From NCBI GenBank assembly GCA_011390645.1, contig JAABRY010000004.1, positions 1,608 through 65,607 on the forward strand: a DNA stretch of 64,000 bases. Direction: 5' to 3'. This document shows, in pieces, positions 35,801 through 42,329 of the stretch (its first letter is position 1; the number at the start of each line of letters is the position of its first letter). Below the pieces are notes generated by a model. The model saw only the letters and a list, made by a program, of their open reading frames with translations. It did no database searches and was not told the origin of the DNA. This stretch comes from Gemmatimonadota bacterium (lineage in GTDB: Bacteria > Gemmatimonadota > Gemmatimonadetes > Gemmatimonadales > GWC2-71-9). The position numbers were made by a program, and so were the translations under genes.

Positions 35801-38213
35801 CGGTGGCGTGACGGCCGAGGGCGACTACCTGATGCGCCTGCAGGGTGATGAGCTGCCCCCTGCGCCGTGGGCCAATGTCGTGGCCAATCCGCACGGTGGC
35901 TTCATCGTCACCGAACGTGGCGGGGGCAACACCTGGAGTGGCAACAGTCATTTCTACCGGCTCACACCATGGCACAACGACCCGGTGACGGATCCGTGCG
36001 GGGAGGCGATCTACCTTCGCGACGAATCGTCTGGTGCCGTATGGAGCACGACACCCGGACCGCGGGACAGCGGCGCGTCGCATCAGGTTCGACACGGCGC
36101 CGGATTCTCTGCCTTCACGCAGGTGCACCGCGGCCTGCGTGCCGTCACCACGCTCGGCATGGTTCCGGATGCTCCGATCAAGGTCACCCGCCTCGCACTG
36201 ACCAACACCAGTGACGTGCACCGTCGCATCACCGTCACGGCCTACGCCGAGTGGACGCTCGGTGCCCTGCGAGAACACGCCCGACACCACATCGCCACCC
36301 GATTCCTTCCCGGCCATGGGGCGATGGTGGCCCACAATGCATTCGACCCGCAGTTCGCCGATCGCGTCGCGTTTCATGCGCTCGACACGCACGTGACCGC
36401 ACACACCGGTGATCGCACCGAGTTTCTGGGTCGGCAGGGTTTCACCGGCGATCCGGTTGCCCTCAGGCATGGCGCTCCGTCCCTCCGGGGTACCACCGGC
36501 GTGGGCCATGATCCGTGCTCCGCGCTGCAGTGCGAGATCGAGCTGGCACCCGGTGAATCGCGCGAACTCGTCGTCCTGTTGGGTACTGCGCAGGGAGACG
36601 AGGAGGTGATGGCGGTCCTGACACACCATCGCGCGCCGGGCGTTGCCGCTGCGGCTCTCGCGGCCTCGATCGAGGCGTGGGAGGCACGACTCTCGGTGAT
36701 CAGGGTGACAACTCCCGAGCCCTCGTTCGATGCGATGGTCAATCAGTGGACGCTCTATCAAGCGCTCTCCTGCCGGATGTGGGCGCGATCAGCGGTGTAT
36801 CAGAGTGGTGGTGCGTACGGCTTCCGCGATCAGTTGCAGGATGTCATGGCCTTCGTGTATGCAGAACCCGGCATCGCACGGGAGCACATTCTGCGTGCCG
36901 CCGCCCGCCAGTTCGTCGAGGGCGACGTGCAGCACTGGTGGCATCCGGAGAGTGGTCGTGGCACCCGGACGAGATTCTCCGATGACCTGGTCTGGCTTCC
37001 GTACGTCGTGGATCACTACCTCCGCGTCACCGGCGACACGTCCATCCTCGATGCGACAGCGCCCTTCCTCGTGATGCGCGAGCTCGCACCCGGCGAGCAG
37101 GAGATCTACGACGCGCCTGCCGGCAATGCCGCGGAAGCAAGCATCCATGAGCACTGCCTGCGCGTCTTGCGGCGGGCGTGCACCGTCGGCCCGCACGGCC
37201 TGCCGCTGATCGGGTGTGGCGACTGGAACGACGGGATGAGTGATGTCGGCATCGAGGGCCGTGGTGAAAGCATCTGGCTGGCGTGGTTCCTGATCGCCAC
37301 GCTCCGCGGGTATGCGGAGCACGCCGCCGACCGGGGGGAGCACGAGGTGGTGACCGAGCTCACCGATCGCGCCAACGCGTATGTCGAGGCGGTCGAGCGC
37401 GAGGGGTGGGATGGGGCGTGGTATCGCCGCGCCTACTTCGATGATGGCACGCCGCTCGGTTCACGAGAGAACGCGGAGTGCATGATTGACGCAATCGCCC
37501 AGAGCTGGAGTGTGCTGTCAGGTGCTGGGGCACCCGCGCGTCAGGTGCAGGCGATGGACTCTCTCGCGACGCATCTGGTGCGCGATGAGCCGCGCGTGAT
37601 TGCACTGCTCACCCCCCCCTTCGACACGGCGCCGCTCAACCCCGGCTACATCAAGGGCTATCTGCCGGGGGTCCGAGAGAATGGGGCGCAGTACACCCAC
37701 GCCGCCCTCTGGGCAGTACTCGCCGCCGCAAAGAGCGGCGAGGGTGACCGAGCCTTCGAGTGGTTCCAGTACCTCAATCCGCTGACCCATACCGACACGC
37801 CGGACGGGGTGGCCACCTACAAGGTGGAGCCGTACGTGGTCGCGGCGGATGTGTATACGGCCGCTGGTCATCTCGGACGAGGTGGGTGGACCTGGTACAC
37901 CGGGGCCGCGAGCTGGATGTACCGCACCGCGCTGGAGGGGATTCTCGGCTTTACCAAGCGCGGCACGACGCTGACGCTGGCGCCGCAGGTGCCGGACGAT
38001 TGGCGCGAATTTCAGATCGACTATCGCTATGGCAGCAGCACCTATCGGATCGAGGTGCAGCTACCGGAACGTACCGCGGGTCTCGAAATGTCGATTACCG
38101 TGGATGGCGTCGCGAGGGATGACGGGATGATTGCGCTGGTCGACGACGGGGGAGTGCATCAAGTCGTCTGCCGAAGAGGCTCGACCAGATCTTCCGTCGG
38201 ATCAGGGACGTAG
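29859..38213 (+). CDS. ndvB: cyclic beta-1,2-glucan synthase (NdvB/Cgs/ChvB type; GT84 + GH94-like modules)
   Basis: 2,784 aa from ATG 29859 (track ORF from GTG 29799). It has N-terminal TM segments plus a glycosyltransferase region (ITLDADTMLP, HRWIRGDWQ), a central alpha/alpha-barrel-like region and a C-terminal GH94 phosphorylase-like region (GGAYGFRDQLQD, GDWNDGM, ENGAQYTHAA). Confidence 0.9.
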   Translation: MPVTSWIARLLPSRRDGPDEVLAGPIRGDLLGHEHLVQRAQAVARGQQLAPRRRGGRRPKLLARLDDTRRVIASAHSRLVGTTSETDIGPAGAWLLDNFHVVEQHIREVEASLPRNYYAELPELATGPLAEYPRVYELAITLISHTEGRLDLENIESFIEAFQHEVALSIGELWAVPAMLRLGLLESVRRTTLRTVERLGEVESADRWVVRLLAAEADGPDALRAALRDFTDSSPGLTPSFVAHLLQQLRHAGHEPQTFARLEAWIAEQGASGEDAEALATQRLGLTQLIMANSILSLRAIGRLDWRALVERQSAIEAILRDDPAAIHAQMTFATRDRYRHVVERVARRTQRSEEEVARTTLALARDAAATHPEAPWRAHIGYFLVDDGFETLAQATGYRRGPRERLHHLVCRHPNVVFGGGIALGTAAALAALFALAGPVAGDAWALVALVAFLPALDIAVHAVNQLVTTFLPPRILPKLDLRTAGIPAHLRTAVVIPTLFDNVAAVHEALENVEVQFLANRGEHLHFAVLSDFTDAVAEVMPTDDAILRAAVTGIDALNARYAPKHRDAFYLFHRPRQWNASQGTWMGWERKRGKLGEFNRFVRGGAAAAFSTTVGNLTPLRGIRYVITLDADTMLPAEAAPLLIGTIAHPLNQAVFDATTSRVVRGYGVLQPRVSVSLPSAHQTPFAKIHSGHPGVDPYTTAVSDVYQDLYGEGSYTGKGIYDLDVFEQATGGRFPENTLLSHDLIEGNYARAGLVTDITLHDDYPARYATHSRRKHRWIRGDWQLVGWLRRRVPGPAGPQRNRLSLLSRWKLLDNLRRSTTEIAQLAFLIAGWWLVPGSPLRWTALALAAVAAPWIIGFLLAALRPPRDASWRAYYTAIGRDLRVSAQQVGLAVAFLPHQAWVSVDAIVRTWYRLGVSRRQLLEWQAAAQAAHSDLLRPQTTWRLMRPAVVLTAMLAVVAMLPGVHGPDTLPPWRQALAALPILALWGAAPLLARFLSAPVRRGPRLALSLQAQAARYARYHWAYFERFATAETHWLIPDNFQDDPLPVVAMRTSPTNIGLQLLATVSARDLGFLSTGEMVERLEAIFASMDRMDRLRGHFFNWYDLHDLRVLAPAYVSTVDSGNLAGHLIALRQACLGLQDGTELDARLASLAERAYTFAMAMDFSFLYDPRRKLLAIGYQHETHTLDESYYDLLASEARLASFIAIAKRDLPVEHWFRLDRTLTRTDGETALISWSGSMFEYLMPTLVMRTYPSTLLDQTCRAAVQRHIRHGAAHDVPWGVSESAYNVRDRHLTYQYRAFGVPDLALKRGLGRDLVIAPYASILAMQVEPERALANLDRLESAKTLGPYGFRDAIDFTRPDPDGSGAVVATVMAHHAGMSLVALTNTLTAEIWQRRFHDDALVRAAELLLHERIPRRFLLQAPQAQPTPTARSTPEAARPVVREVVDPVGAASRIAMLGRAPYTVMVSSAGGGPSQFEDIAVTRWRPDATADDTGQFCYVRNVTAGRTWSVAHQPTGVAADAHRVVLANDRATFERVDGDIETRTEVVVVPEDAAEVRRVTVTNTGATTQTVELTSYGEIVMARQSADRAHPAFSNLFVETEWHDWCSAITATRRPRSEGERRLWCVHVVDTAAARGHEVSCETERARFLGRGRSVRDPIAVETSGPLSGTTGSVLDPIFALRVSVRLQPGESTTITFTTLVATTRDRALEMADRYHDVHAAQRALDLAAMSTQAELRDLAMTPADAALFQDVAAHLVRGTAMLRAPQEEGQLNRGGQPMLWAQGISGDHPIVLATIAGDVGLPTLRQLLAAHRFWRLRGMTVDLVVLNTRATGYLLDLDHAISAGIFAEGETAVRDQPGGVFVRRQDQLGKDELLMLRASARIVVPCDGRALEAWLHVQSGDAATTPVREIERRATVRLGTDMLSPRAAHALRWLRTPKPAPVPDVEGDATSIIGVESTTPPQVMPALRFDNGIGGVTAEGDYLMRLQGDELPPAPWANVVANPHGGFIVTERGGGNTWSGNSHFYRLTPWHNDPVTDPCGEAIYLRDESSGAVWSTTPGPRDSGASHQVRHGAGFSAFTQVHRGLRAVTTLGMVPDAPIKVTRLALTNTSDVHRRITVTAYAEWTLGALREHARHHIATRFLPGHGAMVAHNAFDPQFADRVAFHALDTHVTAHTGDRTEFLGRQGFTGDPVALRHGAPSLRGTTGVGHDPCSALQCEIELAPGESRELVVLLGTAQGDEEVMAVLTHHRAPGVAAAALAASIEAWEARLSVIRVTTPEPSFDAMVNQWTLYQALSCRMWARSAVYQSGGAYGFRDQLQDVMAFVYAEPGIAREHILRAAARQFVEGDVQHWWHPESGRGTRTRFSDDLVWLPYVVDHYLRVTGDTSILDATAPFLVMRELAPGEQEIYDAPAGNAAEASIHEHCLRVLRRACTVGPHGLPLIGCGDWNDGMSDVGIEGRGESIWLAWFLIATLRGYAEHAADRGEHEVVTELTDRANAYVEAVEREGWDGAWYRRAYFDDGTPLGSRENAECMIDAIAQSWSVLSGAGAPARQVQAMDSLATHLVRDEPRVIALLTPPFDTAPLNPGYIKGYLPGVRENGAQYTHAALWAVLAAAKSGEGDRAFEWFQYLNPLTHTDTPDGVATYKVEPYVVAADVYTAAGHLGRGGWTWYTGAASWMYRTALEGILGFTKRGTTLTLAPQVPDDWREFQIDYRYGSSTYRIEVQLPERTAGLEMSITVDGVARDDGMIALVDDGGVHQVVCRRGSTRSSVGSGT

Positions 38214-38407
38214 TCGAGGAGATCGCCAGGTTGGACGTCGAGGGCCTTGCAGATCCGATCGAGCGTGTCCGCGGTGAATCGCCCGAACTCCATCTTGGGA
38301 TCGGCGAGCCGATAGGCCGTGGGAGCGGTCAACCCGGTCACCACGGACAGTCGGTAGGGGGTCCATCCCTTGGACTTGAGGACTTCCCCCAAGCGAAACT
38401 GGATCAT
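38159..38407 (-). CDS. small XRE/Cro-C1-type HTH transcriptional regulator (copy 2)
   Basis: 82 aa from ATG 38407, with GAGG 5 nt upstream. 56 of 69 aligned residues are identical to copy 1. The 3' end overlaps the ndvB 3' end by 55 nt. Confidence 0.8.
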   Translation of the reverse strand: MIQFRLGEVLKSKGWTPYRLSVVTGLTAPTAYRLADPKMEFGRFTADTLDRICKALDVQPGDLLDYVPDPTEDLVEPLRQTT

Positions 38408-38460
38408 GGCGGCCTCAGGAGGAAAAAGTTGCTTGGGACGCGGAGGGAGTCCCTGTCGTG

Positions 38461-38519
38461 ATAATACCACACGAGATTATGTCACGCAAGATTAATATTT
38501 CCTAAAATTAATGTGTCAA
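38461..38519 (-). promoter_or_regulatory. two candidate tandem promoters for HTH copy 2
   Basis: On the minus strand, P1 is TTGACA (38519-38514), a 17-nt spacer and ATTAAT (38496-38491). P2 is TTGCGT (38489-38484), a 17-nt spacer and TATTAT (38466-38461). The P1 -35 lies inside the inverted repeat TTAATGT-N6-ACATTAA (38508-38527). Confidence 0.4.
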
Positions 38520-38530
38520 AACATTAAGAC

Positions 38531-38565
38531 TTGCAAATAATAAGACCCGGCGTTAGTATTTGCAA
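38531..38565 (+). promoter_or_regulatory. candidate promoter of the response-regulator cluster (-35 TTGCAA, 17-nt spacer, -10 TAGTAT) embedded in a 35-bp dyad
   Basis: TTGCAAATA (38531-38539) and TATTTGCAA (38557-38565) are perfect 9-bp inverted arms. 14 of 17 positions pair around centre C38548. The local region is about 31% GC (33/105 over 38461-38565 by hand count). Confidence 0.45.
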
Positions 38566-38620
38566 CAGAGGCGATGTGCACTGATCCCCGCCGTGGTGGT
38601 CGCGCCGTCGAGTAACTCCA

Positions 38621-39313
38621 ATGACTGACACTATTTCGCTGGTTCTGATTGACGACAACCGCCTGCTTCGCGAGGGGCTCACCCGATTGATTCGTGAGCA
38701 GCCCGGTTTCCTGATCCTTGCGGCCTCCGCCGACATCGACGAGGCACTCCAGAAAGTCCGCGAAGCCAAGCCCACCGTGGTCTTGCTCGACTTCTCGCTC
38801 GAGAACGACGACTCGCTGCGCGTCACCGCCACCGTCCACAAGGAAGTTCCGGCTGCCAAGGTCATTGTGATGGGACTGCTCCCTCTTCAGGAGGATGTGG
38901 CGGACTTCGTGACCGCGGGTGCGGCGGGCTTCATCATGAAGGACGCGACCTTCGATGAGTTCATTCGCACGATCCGCTTGGTGGCTGCGGGCGAGCAGGT
39001 CCTGCCCAGGGAGTTGACCGGATCGCTCTTCTCCCAGATCGCCCGAATCGCCGTTCGTCGTGGCAAGCCGCGTGAGCTGGAATCGATCGGCCTGACGGCC
39101 CGTGAGCGTCAGGTCGTGGACCTGATCAGCGAGGGGTTGAGCAACAAGGAAATCGCGGCGCGGCTGCACATCGCGATTCATACCGTCAAGAGCCACGTGC
39201 ACAATGTGCTCGAGAAACTCGCACTGCACACGCGGCTTGAGGTCGCTGCCTTCACTCGAGGGTTGACCCAACCGAATCCGGACGAGCCCGACGACGACCT
39301 GGACGACGACTAG
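38621..39313 (+). CDS. LuxR/NarL-family response regulator
   Basis: Receiver domain (LIDDN, VVLLDFSL, GFIMKDA) plus a LuxR HTH (LTARERQVVDLISEGLSNKEIAARLHIAIHTVKSHVHNVLEKL). It has an acidic C-terminal tail. No histidine kinase is present in the window. Confidence 0.85.
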   Translation: MTDTISLVLIDDNRLLREGLTRLIREQPGFLILAASADIDEALQKVREAKPTVVLLDFSLENDDSLRVTATVHKEVPAAKVIVMGLLPLQEDVADFVTAGAAGFIMKDATFDEFIRTIRLVAAGEQVLPRELTGSLFSQIARIAVRRGKPRELESIGLTARERQVVDLISEGLSNKEIAARLHIAIHTVKSHVHNVLEKLALHTRLEVAAFTRGLTQPNPDEPDDDLDDD

Positions 39314-39451
39314 TCCCTTCGAGCGGGATCCTTTGGTCTCGTTCGGTTGTGCATCTCCGGGCTGATTGCCCGTCCTCTGACCTCGCCATTGATTCCATTG
39401 GTACGCCATGTCAACTGCGACGCGGTGTCATGCAGGTACGGAGGTGGATTG

Positions 39452-39712
39452 ATGGATCTCGTCACATGGTTAGTCGTCGGATTGATTGCGGGGCTTCTCG
39501 CCAGCTTCGCGGTTGGTGGCGTCGGCTTCGGACTGCTTGGTGACATCGTCATTGGCATGGTGGGTGCCGTGATCGGCGGATGGTTGTTCGCCGAACTCGG
39601 ACTCCGCGCGCCGTTTGCTGGTCTCGCCGGCGTGATCTTCGTCGCCTTCATCGGGGCAGTGGTGCTGCTGTTGGTGCTCCGGGCCCTGCGACCACGCGGT
39701 CGCCGCACGTAA
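39452..39712 (+). CDS. GlsB/YeaQ/YmgE-family stress membrane protein
   Basis: 86 aa from ATG 39452, with GGAGGTGG upstream. Three Gly-rich TM segments are typical of the transglycosylase-associated family. Confidence 0.8.
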   Translation: MDLVTWLVVGLIAGLLASFAVGGVGFGLLGDIVIGMVGAVIGGWLFAELGLRAPFAGLAGVIFVAFIGAVVLLLVLRALRPRGRRT

Positions 39713-40224
39713 TGCCAGACTTCGGACTGCCCGACAGCCCCATCGACCACGAGTCGACGCCCGGTGGGGAGCACGCCTCCTCACCGGGACCGGAGAGCGA
39801 ACGGGAGTGGCCGACCACGGGGACCGATGATTCGGTGATCGCAGTGGCGAGTACCGGGACGGTGACCGCCATGAACGTGGCGGCGGTGTCCCTGCTCGGG
39901 CCGCCCGCGCCCCACCAATTCGGCTTGGGGATCGATCAGTTCATTCCGGCGCGATATCATCGCGTGATTGATGCGTGGGCCGATCGCCAACCAGGAGATG
40001 CCCGCGCCGCTCACCCGGATCGGCTCACCCTGAGCCTCGCAGCTGTACGTGCTGACGGCGGTGAGGTGTGGGTCCTGCTGACGCGGCGGATGCTGGGAGA
40101 GGGGCCGACGGCGCCCTATCTGGTCACGATGCGTGAGGTGGCAAATGGGTTCAGGTCGCGGATCCCCCCCGCGCCGCAGCATGTGCGACATTGGCTGGAC
40201 CGCCCGTCTCCAGTATTCGGGTAG
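39712..40224 (+). CDS. stand-alone PAS-like domain protein
   Basis: 170 aa. The ATG overlaps the previous stop (TAATG). The segment ..VIAVASTGTVTAMNVAAVSLLG..FIPARYH..RADGGEVWVLLT.. looks like a PAS core. No output domain is present. Confidence 0.5.
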   Translation: MPDFGLPDSPIDHESTPGGEHASSPGPESEREWPTTGTDDSVIAVASTGTVTAMNVAAVSLLGPPAPHQFGLGIDQFIPARYHRVIDAWADRQPGDARAAHPDRLTLSLAAVRADGGEVWVLLTRRMLGEGPTAPYLVTMREVANGFRSRIPPAPQHVRHWLDRPSPVFG

Positions 40225-40274
40225 ACCGCAGGCAACGATTCCGCGGGCTCCCTCAACGTCTTTCCGGAGCATCA

Positions 40275-40490
40275 ATGCGCGCACCACTCATCATTGGAAT
40301 CATCCTGATTGTTCTCGGGGGTATCGTGCTCGTGCGCGGCGGGAGCTTCACGACCAAGAAGAACGTGCTCGAAGTCGGGGACCTCTCGATCACGGCGGAC
40401 GAGAAGCAGACGATTCCCCCATGGGCGGGCATTCTGTCAATCGTGGCCGGGGCGGTGGTCATTGGTGCTGGCGCGCGGAAACAAGGCTGA
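40275..40490 (+). CDS. small two-TM membrane protein (DUF3185-like?)
   Basis: 71 aa from ATG 40275, with two hydrophobic segments flanking a short soluble loop. Confidence 0.5.
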   Translation: MRAPLIIGIILIVLGGIVLVRGGSFTTKKNVLEVGDLSITADEKQTIPPWAGILSIVAGAVVIGAGARKQG

Positions 40491-40583
40491 CGCATCTCCC
40501 CCTGCACCGTGTGTTGTCATGACGTGGCCTCCCGCACGATGCGGGGGCACGAGTCCAGAACAGAACTTGGCCGAGGAGGCCAG

Positions 40584-41258
40584 ATGTCCATGAACATTCG
40601 ATCGATTGCCCTTCCCCTGTTGGTGCTCGCCGGTGGCACGCTGGTCACTGGCTGCGCGACCAAGGCCCAGACTGGCGCCGCTGTGGGCGCGGGTGGGGGC
40701 GCCGTCGTGGGTGGGGTCATCGGCAAGGTGGCGGGTTCGACCGCCAAGGGCGCCATTGTTGGCGCGGTCATCGGCGGCATTGCCGGCGACATGATCGGGG
40801 CACGGATGGACCGACAGGCGCGCGAGCTGGAACAGAACATCAAGGGTGCGACCGTCGAGCGCGTTGGTGAGGGGATTCAGGTCACCTTCGCCTCCGGCCT
40901 GCTCTATGACTTCGATTCCGACGTCGTGAAGACGGATGCCCGCACCAACCTGCGCGAGTTGGCGTCTTCGCTCGACAAGTATCCTGGCACCGAACTGATC
41001 ATCATCGGCCACACCGATAACGTCGGGGCGGACAGCTACAATCAGAACCTGTCGGAGCAGCGGGCTCGGTCGGCGGCGGCCTACCTCATGACGCAGGGTG
41101 TGGCCAGCTCGCGCATCGGCACGCGTGGGCTCGGTGAGTCGGAGCCGATCGCCAGCAACGAGACCGAAGACGGTCGCGCGCGGAACCGCCGGGTGGAAGT
41201 GGCGATCTTTGCCAGTGAGGCGTATCGCCAGCAGGTCCAGCGGTCGGGGCAGCCGTGA
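40584..41258 (+). CDS. OmpA-family lipoprotein with N-terminal glycine-zipper region
   Basis: ATG 40584 is preceded by GAGGAGG. It has a lipobox (LVTGC), a Gly-zipper (GAAVGAGGGAVVGGVIGKVAG..GAVIGGIAGDMIG) and an OmpA_C motif (GHTDNVGADSYNQNLSEQRA..NRRVEV). Confidence 0.85.
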   Translation: MSMNIRSIALPLLVLAGGTLVTGCATKAQTGAAVGAGGGAVVGGVIGKVAGSTAKGAIVGAVIGGIAGDMIGARMDRQARELEQNIKGATVERVGEGIQVTFASGLLYDFDSDVVKTDARTNLRELASSLDKYPGTELIIIGHTDNVGADSYNQNLSEQRARSAAAYLMTQGVASSRIGTRGLGESEPIASNETEDGRARNRRVEVAIFASEAYRQQVQRSGQP

Positions 41259-42055
41259 ACCATCTGGTGAAGGGTGCACTCGCGGCCGGCGTGCTGGTGG
41301 CGAGTGCGTCCTGCGCCATTTCGCAGCAGCAGGAAGTGGCGATGGGTCGCGATTACAGCGCCCAGATCGCCGCGCAGTTGCCGCTCCTCAGCGATGCCCA
41401 GGTCAATCGGTACGTGACGACCTTGGGGGAGCGACTCGCGCGCGTCACCGACGCGCGCGGGCTGACGTGGCACTTCGCCGTCGTCAACAGCAGGGAAGTC
41501 AACGCCTTCGCCGTGCCGGGCGGGTGGATCTACGTCAATCGCGGCCTCATCGAGCGCGCGCAGAACATGAGTCAGTTGGCTGGTGTGCTCGCGCACGAGA
41601 TCGGCCACGTGACCCGCAGGCACTCCGTCGAACAGATGCAGCAAGCCCAGGGCGCCAACATCGGTGTGACACTCGCGTGCACGCTGACGGGCGTGTGTGG
41701 TGGCGCTGGCACGCAAGCGGCCATCAATGTTGGTGGCAGTGCGCTCTTCGCGAAGTTCAGCCGCAGCGATGAAGCCGAGGCCGATGCGGAAGCTGTCGCC
41801 ACGACCATTCGGGCGGGCATCTCGCCGACCGGCATTCCGGGCATGTTCCGGATCCTGCTTGCGGAGCGGCAAAGCAATCCCGGCGCGCTCGAGAAGTTCT
41901 TTCTGACGCACCCGCTCGCGGAAGACCGCATCACCTCGACCGAAGCGCTGATTGCCGGCTATCCCGCCGCCGAACTGCGCAATCTCGAGAAGGACGCGTC
42001 GGCGTTCCAGTCCATCCGACGTCGCTTGCTGGGGTTACCCGCCCCACCAAAGTAG
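41255..42055 (+). CDS. M48-family zinc metallopeptidase, lipoprotein
   Basis: Lipobox (VASASC), HEXXH (LAHEIGHVTRRH) and a downstream Glu (SDEAEAD). It is overlap-coupled to the OmpA-like gene (GTGA). Confidence 0.85.
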   Translation: MNHLVKGALAAGVLVASASCAISQQQEVAMGRDYSAQIAAQLPLLSDAQVNRYVTTLGERLARVTDARGLTWHFAVVNSREVNAFAVPGGWIYVNRGLIERAQNMSQLAGVLAHEIGHVTRRHSVEQMQQAQGANIGVTLACTLTGVCGGAGTQAAINVGGSALFAKFSRSDEAEADAEAVATTIRAGISPTGIPGMFRILLAERQSNPGALEKFFLTHPLAEDRITSTEALIAGYPAAELRNLEKDASAFQSIRRRLLGLPAPPK

Positions 42056-42329
42056 TTCTCGCGAGCGTTACACCTCCGTCGCAATTGTCACTCCTTCGAT
42101 CTAGCTCGAATGATCTCGCCTGGCGATCCATCGCTGGGCCGATTGCCCGCGCCGTGAATCTTCCGTAATCTCAGTCATCTGAGTCGCACGCGTGCGGTGC
42201 AGGCGGCGACATCCCTGATTGACACAGAGGAAGGTGCATGATGAATCCATTCATGGCGCGGGTAAGCGAATGGCTTGCCGCAGTACTTGGTCCGATGTCG
42301 GTGCCGCCCCTCTCACATGTGCGGAGGGA

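Noticed and set aside
42219-42247. TTGACA at 42219 considered as a -35 for the GGDEF gene, or as its TTG start codon.
   Set aside because: No convincing -10 lies at 16-18 nt (best ATGAAT or TGAATC). As a start codon it adds 37 residues with poor codon bias. I kept ATG 42330/42333 after GGAGGG.
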